Shown here one piece after another: positions 41,518 to 56,043 of a DNA stretch of 64,000 nucleotides. Made by a program: the position numbers and the translations under genes. This DNA comes from the human T2T-CHM13v2.0 reference genome, Homo sapiens: NCBI RefSeq assembly GCF_009914755.1, contig NC_060928.1; one strand, given 5' to 3'. The notes under the pieces were generated by a model that saw nothing but the letters and a program-made list of their open reading frames with translations, had not been told where the DNA came from and searched no databases. Each line of letters opens with the position of its first letter. The first letter of the stretch is position 1.

Positions 41518-41925
41518 TGTATTAGTCTGTCCTCACAAGCCATAAAGAAATACCAGAGACTTGGTAATTTGTAGAGAAAGGAGGTTTAATTAGCTCAGGG
41601 TTCTGTAGGCGTATAGGAAGCATAGTGGCTTCTACTTCTGGAGAGGCCTCAGGAAACTTACAATCATGGTGGAAGGTGAAGGGGAAGCAGGCACGTCTTT
41701 CATGACCAGAGCAGGAGGAAGAGAGAGCGGGGGGAGGTGCCACACACTTTTAAACAAGCAGATCTTACAGGAACTCCCTCACTCACTATCATGAGAACAG
41801 CGCCAGGGGGATGGTGCTAACTCATTGGTGAGAACTCCACCCCCATGATCCAGTCTCCTCCCATCAGGCCCCACCTCCAACACTGGGGATTGCAATTCGA
41901 CATGAGATTTTCTGAGGACATGACA
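41518..41925 (-). mobile_element. MSTA-like MaLR LTR nested in the L1 5' UTR
   Basis: TGTATTAGTC...GGCCTCAGGAAACTTACAATCATGGTGGAAGGTGAAGGGGAAGCAGGCACGTC...CCCACCTCCAACACTGGGGATT; probable TSD ACAGG/GCAGG. Confidence 0.9.
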
Positions 41926-43164
41926 GCAGGCATAGAAATGCTGTCTAAGAGCCTAGGCCTGGACCTCAGGACCCCAAGAGCCTGCTTCTTTCTCTACCCT
42001 ACTGTGGCCTAGCAAGTACCTGAGGTACAAGACAAAGTCCCCTTTACTTTTCCCTCTGCTTTTCTCAAACAGAAGGAGTCTTTTATCGTAGCCACCACAG
42101 CTGGGAATGTGCTGGGTTACCCATGAAGTCAACACACCTCAGATCCCAAGGACCACAGCGTACTACCTGGGTATCACTGCTGGTTATTCAGGGCCTAAGG
42201 GCTCTTTAGTGAGCAGGTGATAAATCTTGCTGGGACTGGGTTCTTCTCTTGAAGGCAGCACATTCCCTTTTGGCCCAGGGTGTGTCTAGAAATGTCTTCC
42301 AGGAGTGAGGACCTGGAACTGGGACCTCCTGACTCTGTCTGCTGCCCAGTCCTGCTGTGGCTGAGGTGGTATCCAAGATGCAAGACCAAGCACTCTTTAC
42401 TCTTTACTCCCCTCTCCTTAAACATACAGAAGAGTCACTTTTGTTGCTGCGAGCTGCACTGCCTGGGAGAGGGAAGGCACAAGCCCCCCCTTAGCCATAC
42501 CAGCTAGTGTCTCCCCAGGTCATGTGCCCCTGTAGTCCACTGGCTTTAAGCCTAGTCCAGCACTAGCAGTTGCCAAGGAATTGAAGTTTTTCTGTCCTAG
42601 ACTGCCTTTCAAGTTTACCTAGGACCCTACAGCAGACAAGACTTGCGGAGAAACTCAAGTTCCATCTGCTGAGATGAGCAACTCTCCTCTGGCTAGGGTT
42701 GGTCCAAATGCTCTCTCCATGCACGGGCACTGGCTGAGCCCAGAAGGGCGTTGTTATTGGGCTGTGACAGGGCAGCACTGAGTTCATTATAAAGTGCCCC
42801 AGTCACTGCACTCTCCCTCCCCAAAGTGTACAGATTCGCTGGGGCAGGGGTGGTGTCGGAGATTCAAAACTGTCTCTTCTGCCCTCCCCAATGCCTCTTT
42901 TAGTGATATGAAGTTAAAACTAGGTACTGTAATTGCTCACCTGATTTTTGGTTCATGATAATGCTTTTCTGTGTCTAGATAGTTGTGAAAATTTGGTGTT
43001 CCAGCAGGGAGGACAAAGGGTGCAGACTTCTGTTTCAGCATCTTGCTCCACCCGTCCTCAAATGATGGGTTTTTTTGGGTGTTTTCATGTATTAACAAAA
43101 ATAGAATTATTTAAATAGTAGTCATATTATATTTAAATGCATTAGATTCAAGATCATGTTGGTA

Positions 43165-43385
43165 CCAGATAGTACCAGACCTGGGTTCAAGTTCTTGTTC
43201 TGCTACGCACTGGCTTTTTGACCTTGGGCAAGTTATTTAAATGTTCTAACCCAAGGTTCCTTCTCTGTATAATAGGGACAATGATAGAACTTCCTTAAGA
43301 TTATTGTAAATATTAAATGAGAATGTGTGCAAAGCAGTTAACATTGTACATAACATCTGGATAGCGCTCAGATAATGTTTACTGT
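43165..43385 (+). mobile_element. MIR
   Basis: CAGACCTGGGTTCAAG...TGACCTTGGGCAAGTTATTTAA...ATTAAATGAG. Confidence 0.82.
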
Positions 43386-43667
43386 TTGTTGTCATTGCCT
43401 AGCAAAGATTTGAGTTCTGTCTCCTCAGAGGTGGTGATTATTAAAACCATACAGCGGTGGTTCTTAACCTAAGAACTTCCACTGCAAGTAAGTTAAACAA
43501 CTTGTGCACCTGTACAGCCAGGCATTTTTCTGGAAAGAAGCTCCAGAATTTATGAGATTCTTTTTTACAAGTTTTATTTATTTCATATTACAGTGGTGCT
43601 GTGGTGAGGGCAAGGCATAGAACTCAACCAGGAAGCAGAGTACATTTTCATAAATAGTTGATTCCCT

Positions 43668-44055
43668 ATTTTTTTAATTGACAAATAGAAATGTTATATA
43701 TTTATCATGCACAACATGCTGTTTTGAAAAATGCATCCATTGTGGAAAGGCTAAATCCAGCTAATTTACATGCATTACCTCACATATTTATCAACTTTTT
43801 GTGCTGAGTACACTTAAAATTTACTCTTAGTAATTTTAAAGAATACATGTTGTGCAACAGATTGCTTAACTTATTCCTTCTTTCTAATTGAAATTGTATA
43901 TTCTTTCACCAACATCTCCCCAACCACTCCCCTGATAATCACCATTTTGGTTTCTACTTCTATGAATTCAACTTTGTCAGATTTCCTGCGTGTGATCACG
44001 AGATATTTGTCTTGTTGTGACTGACTTATTTTACTTAACATTATGTTCTCCAGGT
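43668..44055 (-). mobile_element. L1MA (MA7/8-like) 3' end fragment
   Basis: TTTAATTGACAAATA...GGCTAAATCCAGCTAATTTACATGCATTACCTCACATA...CACTTAAAATTTACTCTTAG. Confidence 0.78.
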
Positions 44056-44480
44056 TCTTAAGTATTCATGGGATTCTTAAAGTAGTGAAAGACCTTAAAA
44101 GGAATATCAGTTGAACAACAATAAAATTATTTAAAAGCAGGCAATGAACTGTATTTTAAATTCTTTCTATTTTCTAAACATTCTCTTTCTCCTTAAGATA
44201 TAGCACACTGCTACTTCCATTTTGTAGTATCAAGCTCTGTAAACTCAGTGAGAACCTAACAAATATTTGACTAGTTTATATAAATGACCTTCTGGCTAGC
44301 TCTGGGAGATAGTAAAAAGCTGGAGAGTCTCTAAACCCAGAGCTGCCTATCTGTAGCCAGTGTTGAGTGAAATTCACTGAGTTTGAAAGAAGTCTCATTT
44401 TTCTCTTCATTCTTCTCCTGGTGGATTTTGTGCATGTAACAGTTTGCACTTGAATAGGGTAATAGGTACAAGTTATTATA

Positions 44481-44762
44481 TTTTTTTTTTTTGAGACGAT
44501 GTCACTCTGTCACTCTGTCACCCAGGCTGGAGTACAGTGGCGCTATCATGGCTCACTGCAGCCTTGACCTCACGGGCTCAAGCAGTCTTCCCACTTCAGC
44601 CTGCAACACAATGCCCAGCTAATTTTCTTTTATTTTTATATTTGTGAAGACAGGGTCTCACTGTGTTGACTAGGCTGGTCTCAAACTCCTAGCCTCAAAT
44701 GATCCTCCTGCCTCAGCCTCCCCAGCAGCTGGTTTTACAGGTATGAGCCACTGTGTCCAGCC
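44481..44762 (-). mobile_element. AluJ with internal deletion
   Basis: ATCATGGCTCACTGCAGCCTTGACCTC is J-type; CAAGTTA on both flanks; TGTCACTC tandem stutter. Confidence 0.9.
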
Positions 44763-45299
44763 CAAGTTACTAGAATTATAAACTATTAACTGCTCGTGTA
44801 ACATTTTTTAGTTGAGTGAGTAAAAATTTTCAATTTAAACAAAACGCCTTAGGCCCAAAAATATAACTGCCTAGGTGCGTGGCTTGGGGAATATCGTTTG
44901 GCCTTTTTTGGCCTCACGTGCAGGATTTGAAATAGTGTTCTTAAAAATATTGGTCGCAAAACCCTTTAATCAAGAGAAAGGTTCTATGGAATGCAGACAT
45001 ATAAAACAGATAGAACTATATCCTTTCTGCTTGTGACCTACTTTCTTCTTTTTTTATATACATACTACTTGCCCTAGGGACATTTATTATTTTTTTTTAA
45101 TGAAGCATGTTTTGAAAATGCTCTGGACTAAAAAAAAAATCAATGAACCATTAGGCTTTAAGATTCAACAAAATGTAATTGTTGGCTGTCAAAAGTTATA
45201 AGTAGTTTGAAATAACATTTTGAAACATATTTTGTGACTCAAGCGTCTGTTTAAATCTCTATCTGAAAACACCCTCTCTCAAATGTAAAGTTCAAACTA

Positions 45300-45735
45300 C
45301 AGTTGGCCCTTGAACAACATGGAGGTTTAGGGGCATTGATCCCCCTACAATTGAAAATCCAGGTATCTTAATAAGTGTTGACTCCTCCAAAACTTGACCA
45401 TTAATAGCCTACTGTTGACCAGAAGCCTTACTTACAACATAAACAGCCAATTAGCACATAATTTATATGTTGCATGTATTATATACTGCATTCTTAAGCT
45501 AGAAAAAAGAAAATGTTACTAAGAAAATGATGAGGAAGAGAAAATAGATTTACTATTAAGTGAAAGTGGATCCTCATAAAGGTCTTCATCGTCTTTGTCT
45601 TCACGTTGAGTAAGCCGAGGAGGAGGAGGAAAAGGAGGGGCTGGTCTTGCTTTCTGAGGGGTTGCTGACTTGGGAGGAAATCGATCTGTAAATGGATCCA
45701 CGCGGTTCAAATCTGTATTGTTCAAGTGTCAACTG
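45300..45735. mobile_element. Tigger2a (MER28)-like non-autonomous DNA transposon
   Basis: Terminal inverted repeats CAGTTGGCCCTTGAACAA and TTGTTCAAGTGTCAACTG with TA on both sides. Confidence 0.88.
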
Positions 45736-48222
45736 TACTTTTTCTTAGAAGTCTTACTCAGGTTATCGCGTCCAAGTTCAATGCCACCAGGTCGCATTAG
45801 ACCGTAGGTAGAGGCCCACTGCTGGTTAAAGGGTTCAAATTTCTTCTCTTAATAAGATTTACTGGATGAGAATATTAGAGGACAAAAAATATAAATAATA
45901 ATAACAACAATATTAATAACAATAAAATGCTTTAGCTGTTTTAATAAAGAAGAAAGGCCTCTCTGCTTGTGTTGGTGAACAGCAGGAAATGATACACGGC
46001 TCAGAGCTGGACAAGAACACGGCTAACTAAGATGGGGACTTAAGCTGCCCTCTCTCATTTACAATTTTTCTCCCTGAAGCATCTGATACGGTTATCTTGA
46101 AGGTATTTGGTTTTATAGTTATCAGGAAAAGGGAAGCCATGATAACTGTACAATACTCTATCCCTCACCCTAGTCCCCCAGTCAGCCCTCAGGTAAGCTT
46201 ATTGTTTGCAGATGATTAAATCTGTTCCTCTAAAAAAATAACTTATGATTCTGTAAAATCCATCTTCACGTGGAGTACTGAGATATAGTATAATTTTCTC
46301 CTCATTAATAAATAAAGAACCTGTCAAATGTGAAAATGTTAAGAATATGAATATGGCAACATAAACATTTAACTGATGGGCCCAAAGTAAACTTAACAGC
46401 CACAGAAACAAAGTGTTCTGAATAAGGGGAAATAAGCCGCTTCTGTTCAGTCTCTTCATATATGCAGTCATTTGTATATATGCAATGATGCCAGCTAGAG
46501 TTATCAGCCTAATATCTGTGCAGAAACGCTTCAAAAACAACATGATATACTTAAACCTGTTGTTATTTTAAATATATGAATCAAACGAAACTGCGCCACA
46601 GCTACAAACTCAATGCAGATTTCTTGCTGAGAAGTATTCACATAACAAATGTTTAGCTTTCGCTTCATTTAGTCTATTTGTCTAACAGTTTGAACACTTA
46701 TAACTATCTTCCTTTATTAAATTCCCTGTGTTCCCCTGCAGTTTACCATTCTTTTATAAAAGACAGATGTCCTAGGAATCTATTCTCATGTACCTGCTAT
46801 GTTTAAACAGTGCTTTATTTTAAACAAACTTTAGCATAGTTGAATAATTAAATAACAATATTTTATTAAAATTTATTGCATTTATTTTATTTGACATTAA
46901 ATAACAGTTTAAAAACTTTGATAAATTCTATGGATGGAGTCTTCTCAGAGAAATATACAAACATATAACTACCCCAAATTTTTGTAATTTCAGGATATTT
47001 ATAGATTCCAGACTAAAAGCCAGTTACGATACATTTAATGTTTGACATAACATTTTACATATTTCTATGTTTGTTATTGACTATTTGCATTATTTAGCTA
47101 TTTAGGAGAATGTTATATAGTCTGTATAGCGCCTATGAAATTATATTTTAAAGACTATTATTTCTTACAAAATGAATCTGACTTGTGTCTGTCCCTTGTT
47201 TTAAACTGTTTCCCAAGAAAGATTAAGTAGAATATGTATATATGCAAGTATAACATAATGTAGCATAAATTGATCATAAAGAATTTTACTTGTGTAGCAT
47301 ATGCATATTTATGACACGGAGGTACATTATAATAACCACATTCTGGTACGACATCAGATCACTAAGAGGGGTCTAAAGTGTTCATCAGTCCTGAGAAACA
47401 AGTAGCTTCCACAGGTCATTTTGTGTTCATTGTCACCCATTGCAGGGCTAAAAGAAAAGTCTGTGTAGCTAATTATTTGCAGAGAAATTAACTGTAGGGA
47501 AGTGCACCATGATTATTCTCATTATGACCTGAGGTTCTAAACAATTTAAACAACTATGAGGCAAGAGCAGATGGTACTTTCTTTTTTGTAAGTAATAAAC
47601 ATAAAGAAAAGTACTCCTGAGGAATCTAGTTCACCAGAAAGCAGTCATGTGCATTGTCAGCATTGGGAAGAAGCCCAATTCCCCATGAATTTTAAAAGTA
47701 TAAGATCACTATGAATGGAACCATACTGACATCTTTAATCTATTTGTAATAAATAACTATAATGCATTTGTCATTAACAACCTGAGGGAGAGTGCAGTTA
47801 GGGGGAATTACACCATCCCCATCCGTTTCTTGGCTAACTAAAGTTTCTTAAGAATAATCTACCTAAATGGATTTCGATATAAACATGGGAGATACTATGA
47901 AGGTGTTGGGTGTTTTAACGTCCTTTAGAACATACTGAGACTATGTAAATTAATCAGGCAGTCTTTTTCATTTGCCAGACATTGGTCCCTGATTAGCCTT
48001 GTTTTCAGCAAGAATGAATGATAGTCCTTGTGTTTTATTACTCTTTTCACCTCAAACATCAACCCACATGCTGAAATCTAATCCAGAAATAAAATGAGAG
48101 TTACTGTTTCTTTTTTGCTATCCGCTTTTAATTGTATATTGACATAAAATCTAAGAGTATTTCAACAAAGAAAAATTGAACAAATAGGCATATTCCCATC
48201 AATGGGAAGGGAATCATTTTAG

Positions 48223-48540
<318 letters not shown>

Positions 48541-49182
48541 TGGATTTTTTTTTTCAGATCACTGGATTTTAACATAATAAAAACATGAGAGAGCTTATTT
48601 CCTTTGACCATTTGGGACTTAGATTAAGGCCAGGAAGACCTTATAACTGCTTGTTGACTTAGGGAACATTTTTCCCTACATGTTGCCTCTTCCTTTTCTT
48701 TACATTTTTTTCTTTTCGTTATTCTATAATAACTTTTATTGCCTCCATTATTATTTAATTCACATAGTTGGTTTATTTAAATTCTTGGTAAAATGTGATA
48801 AAGTTGTAAGAACAATATGTACTACCCTGAAAAAGGTAATCAATAAATAGCAACAGTCAATTCATGCCAGTTTCCATTTTTCTTCTTGTCTTTGCTTCCT
48901 CTGACTATATGAACTATTAAGTACTATACAAAGCTACTCATAGTTGTTTAGATCTGGCTTGATAGTGCTGTTACTAACTGGGTAATATCAGCCACTCTTA
49001 AGTTGTTCAGAACTCTTCTGGGTGTGTCTGGTTCCCCTCACAACCAGAGTTAGCTCTTCTGGCTTTGGGCTTTGCTAGTTGTGTGCTGTAAGCTTTCTGC
49101 CCTTTCGAATGGAAGTCTAGCACTGGGTATATATATAGAAGAGATAGGAGTGATTCTGGTCCCCAAGAATGTCTTCCCTAGA

Positions 49183-49790
49183 TGTTATATTAACCATGCT
49201 TCTAGCTTCAGTAAATTTGATGCTTTAACATTTGTCCTACATGCATATGCTGTCCTTGTTCTGGACAATCCAACAATCCAATATGCCTGAGTCACCCGCC
49301 GTGAACCCCTGCTTACCTGATCACTCCCCATCCTTGAAATAACAGTTCCTCCTTGTGGCATGCCTTTCAAATTTCAAATACAAATACATGCATTCAGAGT
49401 TCACACCACCAGCCACCTTCTTTACTGGGCTCTCACACGCTGGGCCACCATGCACCTGCCCTCATCACCCCAGAGCCAACACCAGACAACTAAGGACAGA
49501 TGCCCCAGAGCTTGCTGCAATTATGCAAACTCACCAAAAGGGGGCCTGCCTACCCTGTCCTTCCTCTTCCTTCCCATGGAAACCACAACAAAGGCTTTTG
49601 CCTACAGTTTCCTCTCTCCCTTCTGCCTCTTGAGGGACCCCAGTACCTTCTCACATGTCCCCCACCATGGTGTGGCATGCCTCCTCTTCCAGGGACCTGT
49701 GGGTAACAAACTATCTTTTCAATAGCAGCTATTTCCTGATCTGTTGGCCTTACTGTACCTCAAATTTTCTAGTAGTACATTATATTTTTT
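49183..49790 (+). mobile_element. MER74-like ERVL LTR
   Basis: TTCCCATGGAAACCACAACAAAGGC...GGTAACAAACTATCTTTTCAATAGCAGC...CCTGATCTGTTGGCCT resembles the MER74/MER73 group. Confidence 0.65.
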
Positions 49791-52199
49791 AAAACTTGTA
49801 TGCGGTTAGAAGGAGATGTGGATACCTGAACACAGGTAGTTTGATGTTTTCATACCTCTCCCTCTCCTGGCCTTGAAAATGAGGAAAAGAAAAGTCGTAG
49901 AACCCTAGAGCTGAAAGGAAGCCTGAGGGATGGGCCCAGGGAAAGATATGAAAGACTAGTTGAGGGGTTGCCAAGCTTTTCATATCTCACAAAGGCCCTG
50001 CCTGGAGCACTGTGGTCAACAACCCTGGGGATTCCATTCACCTCCTAATCTAGGAGTGTCGCCCCTGGAGTTGTGCTACATACAAACTGCACAGCGGTAT
50101 GTTTTAGCCCAGAAACTTTCTTTGTCAAAGGGGAGAGGGACCCTGTGTGTTTGCTGAAATTTCTTATGAAAGTTGTCTTTGAGCAATTGTGCATTGGTAA
50201 AGCTCATATATAATGTAAACAACAGAAGGCATCAGATCTCCTTCCGGAGCAGATAAAGGCACTAGATATTGGCTACTGATACACAAATCCACTATTCTAA
50301 TAAGAAGCCTCAGAAGAGTTCCTTCATATTTTTAAGGAAGTTGTAAATGTTATGCAATATGTTTATGTCTCTTAAAGTGTAAAATTTCCAATTTCTATAA
50401 GCAAGAATATTATGGAAACAAGCATTTAAATTGCTGTTTATTCTTCATAGCTAAACATGTTGGAAGAGCACAGGACTAGGATTATGAATGCAATTTCTGA
50501 AATCATACAGGGGCAACTGGAAACATTTTTCAAGTTGGGAAATTGGATTGACTATATGATAAAATATGGCAGTTGTATGGAAGCTTAAAGATTTTTAAAT
50601 GTGCCGTTTTTAAACTTTGCTAATTATGCTTTTATATTCCCATAATTTCTTTTTGACGTGTGCATACCCAGAGTTGTTGAAATTTAAATTTGTTCTGTGC
50701 ACGTTTACAAATATATGTTTCTGAGAGCTTATTACCCAGAAGAGCTGGGCTACATTGGACTGAGTTGGGAAAAGGTCTTCATGGGGTGCTACTAAGGGTT
50801 TTTAGTCTGAAGTTACGAACACACTACAAAATTTAATGCATACATTTATGAAATAAAACTGCAAACATTTAAAGTATTTTCAAGTAGCTAATGAACAAAT
50901 TGTATTTCTAAAGAATGGCTTTATGAAATCTGAAGCATTCATTTGAACCTCTGAATAGCCACATATGCGAAGAGAAGAGGCCTTGGATAAATCTGAGTAC
51001 AAGGCCACAACATCTCACAGCTCTGGTTGAGTAACGAATATTTCAGGCAGTTAAGTTTCCATACATACTCGGTTTTCCTATGCTGAAACTCAGAGAAAGC
51101 AATTTGACAAGGTAGTAATGATGTCCTTTCAACCAAGGATTCATCAAATATATGGCGACTCATCGTAATTCTGGGACAGACTTGAGACTCCTGCTAACTT
51201 GTTACCTTGTCTTCATGTAGAATCAAGGCCATCATCTCACACGGGCAAATTTCTCTTCTGTGTATTAATAATCTCTTAGGAAGAAGATTATAGAATTCTG
51301 CAATAACTTATCAAAGTAAAATTCTAAATCTAACTAGAAAAGTTTCAAAATCTAATTGCAGGAAACATTAAAAACACACACAAACTTAAGCACAAGAAAT
51401 TAAATGAGAAGCATTTATCCATCTATAAGCAGATATAAATACTGTTAAAATATTTTGCATAAACCCTTATACTCTGTGATCTTCATATCTGTTTGTTTCT
51501 AATTAGCAATACGTTGTGAGCCCTTCTGTCACTTTAAATACTGTTATATTATGTTGATGTATTAAGGGAGCCACTGAGAAGAACTTTTTTTCTTACCCAA
51601 GTTCTAAACAGCTGTGATATATGATGAAAGTGTTGGCAGATTGGGGTTGAAATGTAATTTTTAATGCTGAAAAAGACTAGGTTGCAAGAGGTGTCTTATC
51701 AATGCAGGCAATGAGGCTTATTGATACTGAAGCCCAAATTAAACAGCATATCCACCGGGCAATAGATGGTCCTAGCCGGGTGTAAGTTTTGCTCTACAAG
51801 AGTCTTGCCTGGACAATTTCAAATATTGGAGGAGTGAAAGAGAGCTAATGCTATCTGTAGGAAAACTGACACCCAAGAGGAAAAGACAGGGCTTTTATAC
51901 TCTTTTCCTGTTTCCAAAATTACTAATCCAAGCCGGTCATTTCTCCATGATAAGGAGATATGACAAGATGGAGAGAAGCCAGGAGTGCCTACTAATTAAA
52001 TTACCTGGAGGAAAACATAAGAACTGACGGTGACATACCTCCACTCACTTCCACCGAAATACAGCATTATTTTCAATGGCTGTGTGGTATTTTGTTTTAC
52101 AAATATAACATCGGTGTCTAAATAAATCCTTTCTTGTTGGACACTTGTTTACAGATGTTCATTACTGTAGGCAATATTCTGATCTTTGTGTCTATGTCT

Positions 52200-52490
52200 T
52201 TGCATTTCTTTATCATTAATTTCTTAAGATTAATTATTAGATGTTGAATTGCTGAATAGATATTGGCAAATTTTCCTCCAGAAAGGCAGTCAACATTTGA
52301 ATGCCTGTAAGTGGTGTTTAGAATTATCCTCCCCATAAGAAATGTTTACATTCTTGTCAACCTCAGTACTACCTTTAGTCTTCTTCTTAATCTTTATCAA
52401 TTTATTTTCTTAAAAAGACTTGGTATCATTCATTTGGTTGCTGGTGATATTTAACATGTTTTATATAGTTAATGGCCATTTTATGAATTA
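52200..52490 (-). mobile_element. Old L1M (L1ME/MC-like) fragment
   Basis: GAATTGCTGAAT...GGCAAATTTTCCTCCAGAAAGGCAGT...TTAACATGTTTTATATAGTTAATGGCCATT. Confidence 0.5.
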
Positions 52491-54329
52491 ATTTTTTTAG
52501 ATTATTTCTGTTTTCAGATTATTTCTGTTTTTATTTCTGTTTTTCTTTAGTTAATTTGCTACATTTATTTGCTAGGACTTTTATTATATAATGTGTAGTA
52601 AAGGGTTTCATAACATACCAAACACTATTTAAATTTTCCAATGATAATTTTAATATATATTTATTGTTATAATTACAATATGTTCAATTTTCATCTTTGT
52701 GCTGAAGGTGCTTGTTTGTAGTTGTCACCTCTAAAAAATCTCAAACCACGTTAGTTTCCCCAAAATAGATTTGGAAGCCATCACACACTAAACTTGTCAA
52801 TCAGATTAATTTTAAGAATTACCCATCTTAATTTTTAGCTGATGAATTAAAATATATGGAGGTTTGCTCCATTTAGGATTTTAGTCTCTCTGCAGCTTTC
52901 TGTGAAACCTTCAGTACCAATATGTAATTAATTTTATCTGATTATTTCTCCCAAGCACTAAAGCCAATGTCAACATATGAAATCTGTGCAATGTATTCCA
53001 CTACCATCACGAAATATTGCAATCTCTTCACCCGGTCCTTGAACTTTGAGGCGACAGGACCTGTGAAAAGAGTATTTTTGCTTTCCAAGCCTTTGTGGGA
53101 AAATCTTATTTATGGTTCCCATCAACCAGAATGCTCTAGTTCTATTTCCTTTTCACATCAAAAACAAATATTTCTCCAAACATTGCCCATCATTGAGTTG
53201 AGTCCCCTTTGGCTACCGTGTAAAATAATGTAGCCCTATCTATTATACGTGACCTGGCATGGCCTTCCTATAATAATGCATGGCCTTGTTACAAATGCTA
53301 ACCATTTTGTTTCCTCTTTAATTCTCAATAGGGCACAAATATATTAACCCATGACATTTTTCCTAATAGAGATTAGAGAATGAAATTAATGCATTGAACT
53401 TTATATTAGCATTCAATGTGCTCTTGTGTTTTAGAAATTAAAGTAACTTTTTGTAGTAATTTGTTGTTGTTTTTTGAAAGCTATGTCTCGAAAACAAGAC
53501 AATGTAAATAAATAACTGTGTGGTCCAGCTGTGACTTATGCAACATGGCCACCCATCATCCAATTTCGTATTACTCTTTGAGCAGTGGATCAGGCCACAG
53601 GAGTGGTTTTCCTCTGGGAAGCACAGGAAATGCAGTTATACTGATGGGAGGGCACCCGGAAACATATATTAAGCAAACTCACTTCAGATGAGTGAGTTTA
53701 TGGATAAGGTGGAAAAATACATAGAAGGGCATAAAAACCATTTGGGTACCAAACGATTTAGGAGTACAGAAGTACAGTATCTACCATCACGTTTATAGAT
53801 CTTGGCTTTGAAATAGTGTCCAGTTTCTTTTTCCATCTCAGCCACTAACTGAGCTACCAAGAGGAATGTAATACTTATCTCTCTGAGGCCTTTGGGGCTT
53901 ATTCATTCTCTTAAAAGTGGGAGCTTTGGAGGAAAATCATTAGTCATTGCCTGGATACTAAAGAGAGGAAAGCTTATCCACTAAACAATGACTATTTTGC
54001 CATTTGCAGTGAACCATTCGACTGGGGATTTTTTATTGTTTCTTTGAGCTGAATGAGGTTATTCATCACTTGATCTCCCCCCAGGGCTACTTACTTCAGA
54101 GCTTACTAAATAAAAGAAAAGAAAGAAAGAAATAAAAGGGAGGGAGAGAGTGCAGTATTTTCACTAGCCTCCTAATTATAATGATTTGTGAGTTACTACA
54201 CAGAAGTAGTATTAGGTATGTGTGCTGCATGAATCACTATTTAGTTCTGAGATATATTGGACTCTGTGTAGATGAACTTTGGTCTTATAAGTGGTGGCTG
54301 TGCACCAATGGTTTCCCATTCAACTTAAA

Positions 54330-54890
54330 ATAAAATTACTCTCACTCACAGTAGCCACAGAGCCGTATATAATCTGGCCCCTCACCTCTTCTCTCAGATT
54401 CCAATTGCACCACCTTTTCTGTCCATGAAGTACAGAAACCTTATGCCCACTGAGGGCTTCTTCTAAGAAAACTCTTCCTTCTAGAAATTTGCATGTCTGG
54501 ATCCATATTATCACCCAGATCAAAAGTTAGTCTTTTGTATACCTAATGTGTACCCACAAAAATTTAAAACTCTTTTAAAAAGTTACTCCTAAGGGAGAAA
54601 AAGCCTTCCCTGGCTATTCTACCTGCAAATATTCCCTCCCAGTTACTCTCCATCACAAAATCCTGTTTTAATTTCTTTAAGGCCGCTGTTGCTATCAGAA
54701 ATGATCTTGTCCATTTATATATATACCTGTTCACTGTCTGTCTTTCTAACTACCCCGTGTAATCTTGGAAAGCAGGAACCTTATCTGTCTGGTTCCCACC
54801 ATTTATCTCTAGAAGTCCCTTCTAGCACCTAGAAAAGTGCTCGATGTATAGTTGGTTCTCAATACAGAGATGCCAAGTGAACAAATGCTT
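54330..54890 (+). mobile_element. L2 3' portion
   Basis: AAGCCTTCCCTGGCTATTCTACC...GCAGGAACCTTATCTGTCTGGTTCCC...AGCACCTAGAAAAGTGCTCG...TCTCAATA. Confidence 0.7.
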
Positions 54891-55206
54891 ATACAATCTA
54901 TTTGACCACACCATTTTATCACCCAGACATCATCAACCATTTCAAGACTGCTAGTGACAAAATCAAGAAATCCCAGACAAATAAATCCTATTTCTGTAAC
55001 TACATCAAAATGTCCAGTCCAAGATTAAGGTGACATTATGAGATTCAGGGTTGAATTTCTTTCTTCTTTCAACATTTGTATTGAATTGAGTATTTACTGT
55101 ATGCTGGGCTCTCGTGGTCCAATGATGAACAGACAGACATGCTCTTTGACGGCAGAGTGTGTATAGTATTGAACTAGCAGCAAAGAAATAATTAACAAAG
55201 CAAATA

Positions 55207-55594
55207 CATCTCAGTCGGTTTTACGTTGCTATAAAGAAATATCTGAGGCTGGGTAATTTATAAAGAAAGGAGGTTTATTTGGCTCATGGTTCTTGCAGGC
55301 TCTCAAGAAGCTTGGTGCCAGCATCTGTGTCTGGTGAGGTCTCAGGAAACTTTCACTCCTGGTAGGAAAGTGAAGGGCAGCCTGCATGTGTAGCAACTAT
55401 GAGAGAAGTGGGAGGTTCCAGGCTCTTTTTATCAACCTGTACTCATGAGAACTAAAAAAGAACTCAATCACTCCAGCGAGAATGGCACCAACCAAGACCC
55501 ACATGTCTTCCACCAGGCTCCACTCTCAACACCGGGGATCAAATTTCACCATGAGTCTCAGTGGTGCCAAGCAGACCATATCCAATCCATAGCA
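55207..55594 (-). mobile_element. MSTB-like MaLR LTR
   Basis: GTTGCTATAAAGAAATATCTGAGGCTGGGTAATTTATAAAGAAAGGAGGTTTATTTGGCTCATGG...TCCAATCCATAGCA; 5-bp TSD AAATA. Confidence 0.88.
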
Positions 55595-55707
55595 AAATAT
55601 AAGGTAATGTGATAAGTCCAACAAGAAAGAAAACACAATGTAGCACTAGCTGACATAGTTCAGGGAGATTGGTGAAGACTGCTCAGAGAAAGTGAGTCTA
55701 ATCAGAA

Positions 55708-56043
55708 AGCCACACGTTGCCTAAAGATTGGGATATGTTCTGAGAAATGCATGGTTAGGTGGTTTGATCATAGTGTGAGCATCAAAGAGTGTACTTCTGT
55801 AAACCTAGATGGTATGGCTATTACACAGCTACACTCTATGGCAGAGCCTCTTGCTGCTAGGTTACAAACCTGCGTAGCATGTGACTCTAATGAAAAATTG
55901 GGGAAATTGTAACACAATCGTAAGTATTTGTGCATTTAAAGATATCTAAACACAGAAAAGGAACAGTAAAAATATAGTATTATAATCGTATGAGGCCACC
56001 ATTGTATACATAGTCTGAAAAGTCAGTATGTGGCATATGACTG
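55708..56043. mobile_element. Tigger3a (MER7A/Golem)-like MITE
   Basis: GGGATATGTTCTGAGAAATGCATGGTTAGG...AAACCTAGATGGTA...GGTTACAAACCTG...GGCATATGACTG followed by TA. Confidence 0.82.

Noticed and set aside
41100-42500. Recurrent motifs (CCCTTCAGGGCAGTG, ACAAAG...CCC...TACT) suggesting a diverged array
   Set aside because: Best explained by the internally repetitive 5' UTR of old L1M elements.
46185-46198. Consensus-like donor CAG|GTAAGC (also G|GTGAGT near 60096)
   Set aside because: No convincing paired acceptor; isolated donors are expected by chance in 64 kb.
54523-54587. Possible ~50-bp L1 3' tail flanked by AAAAGTTA repeats
   Set aside because: Too short and AT-rich to call with confidence.
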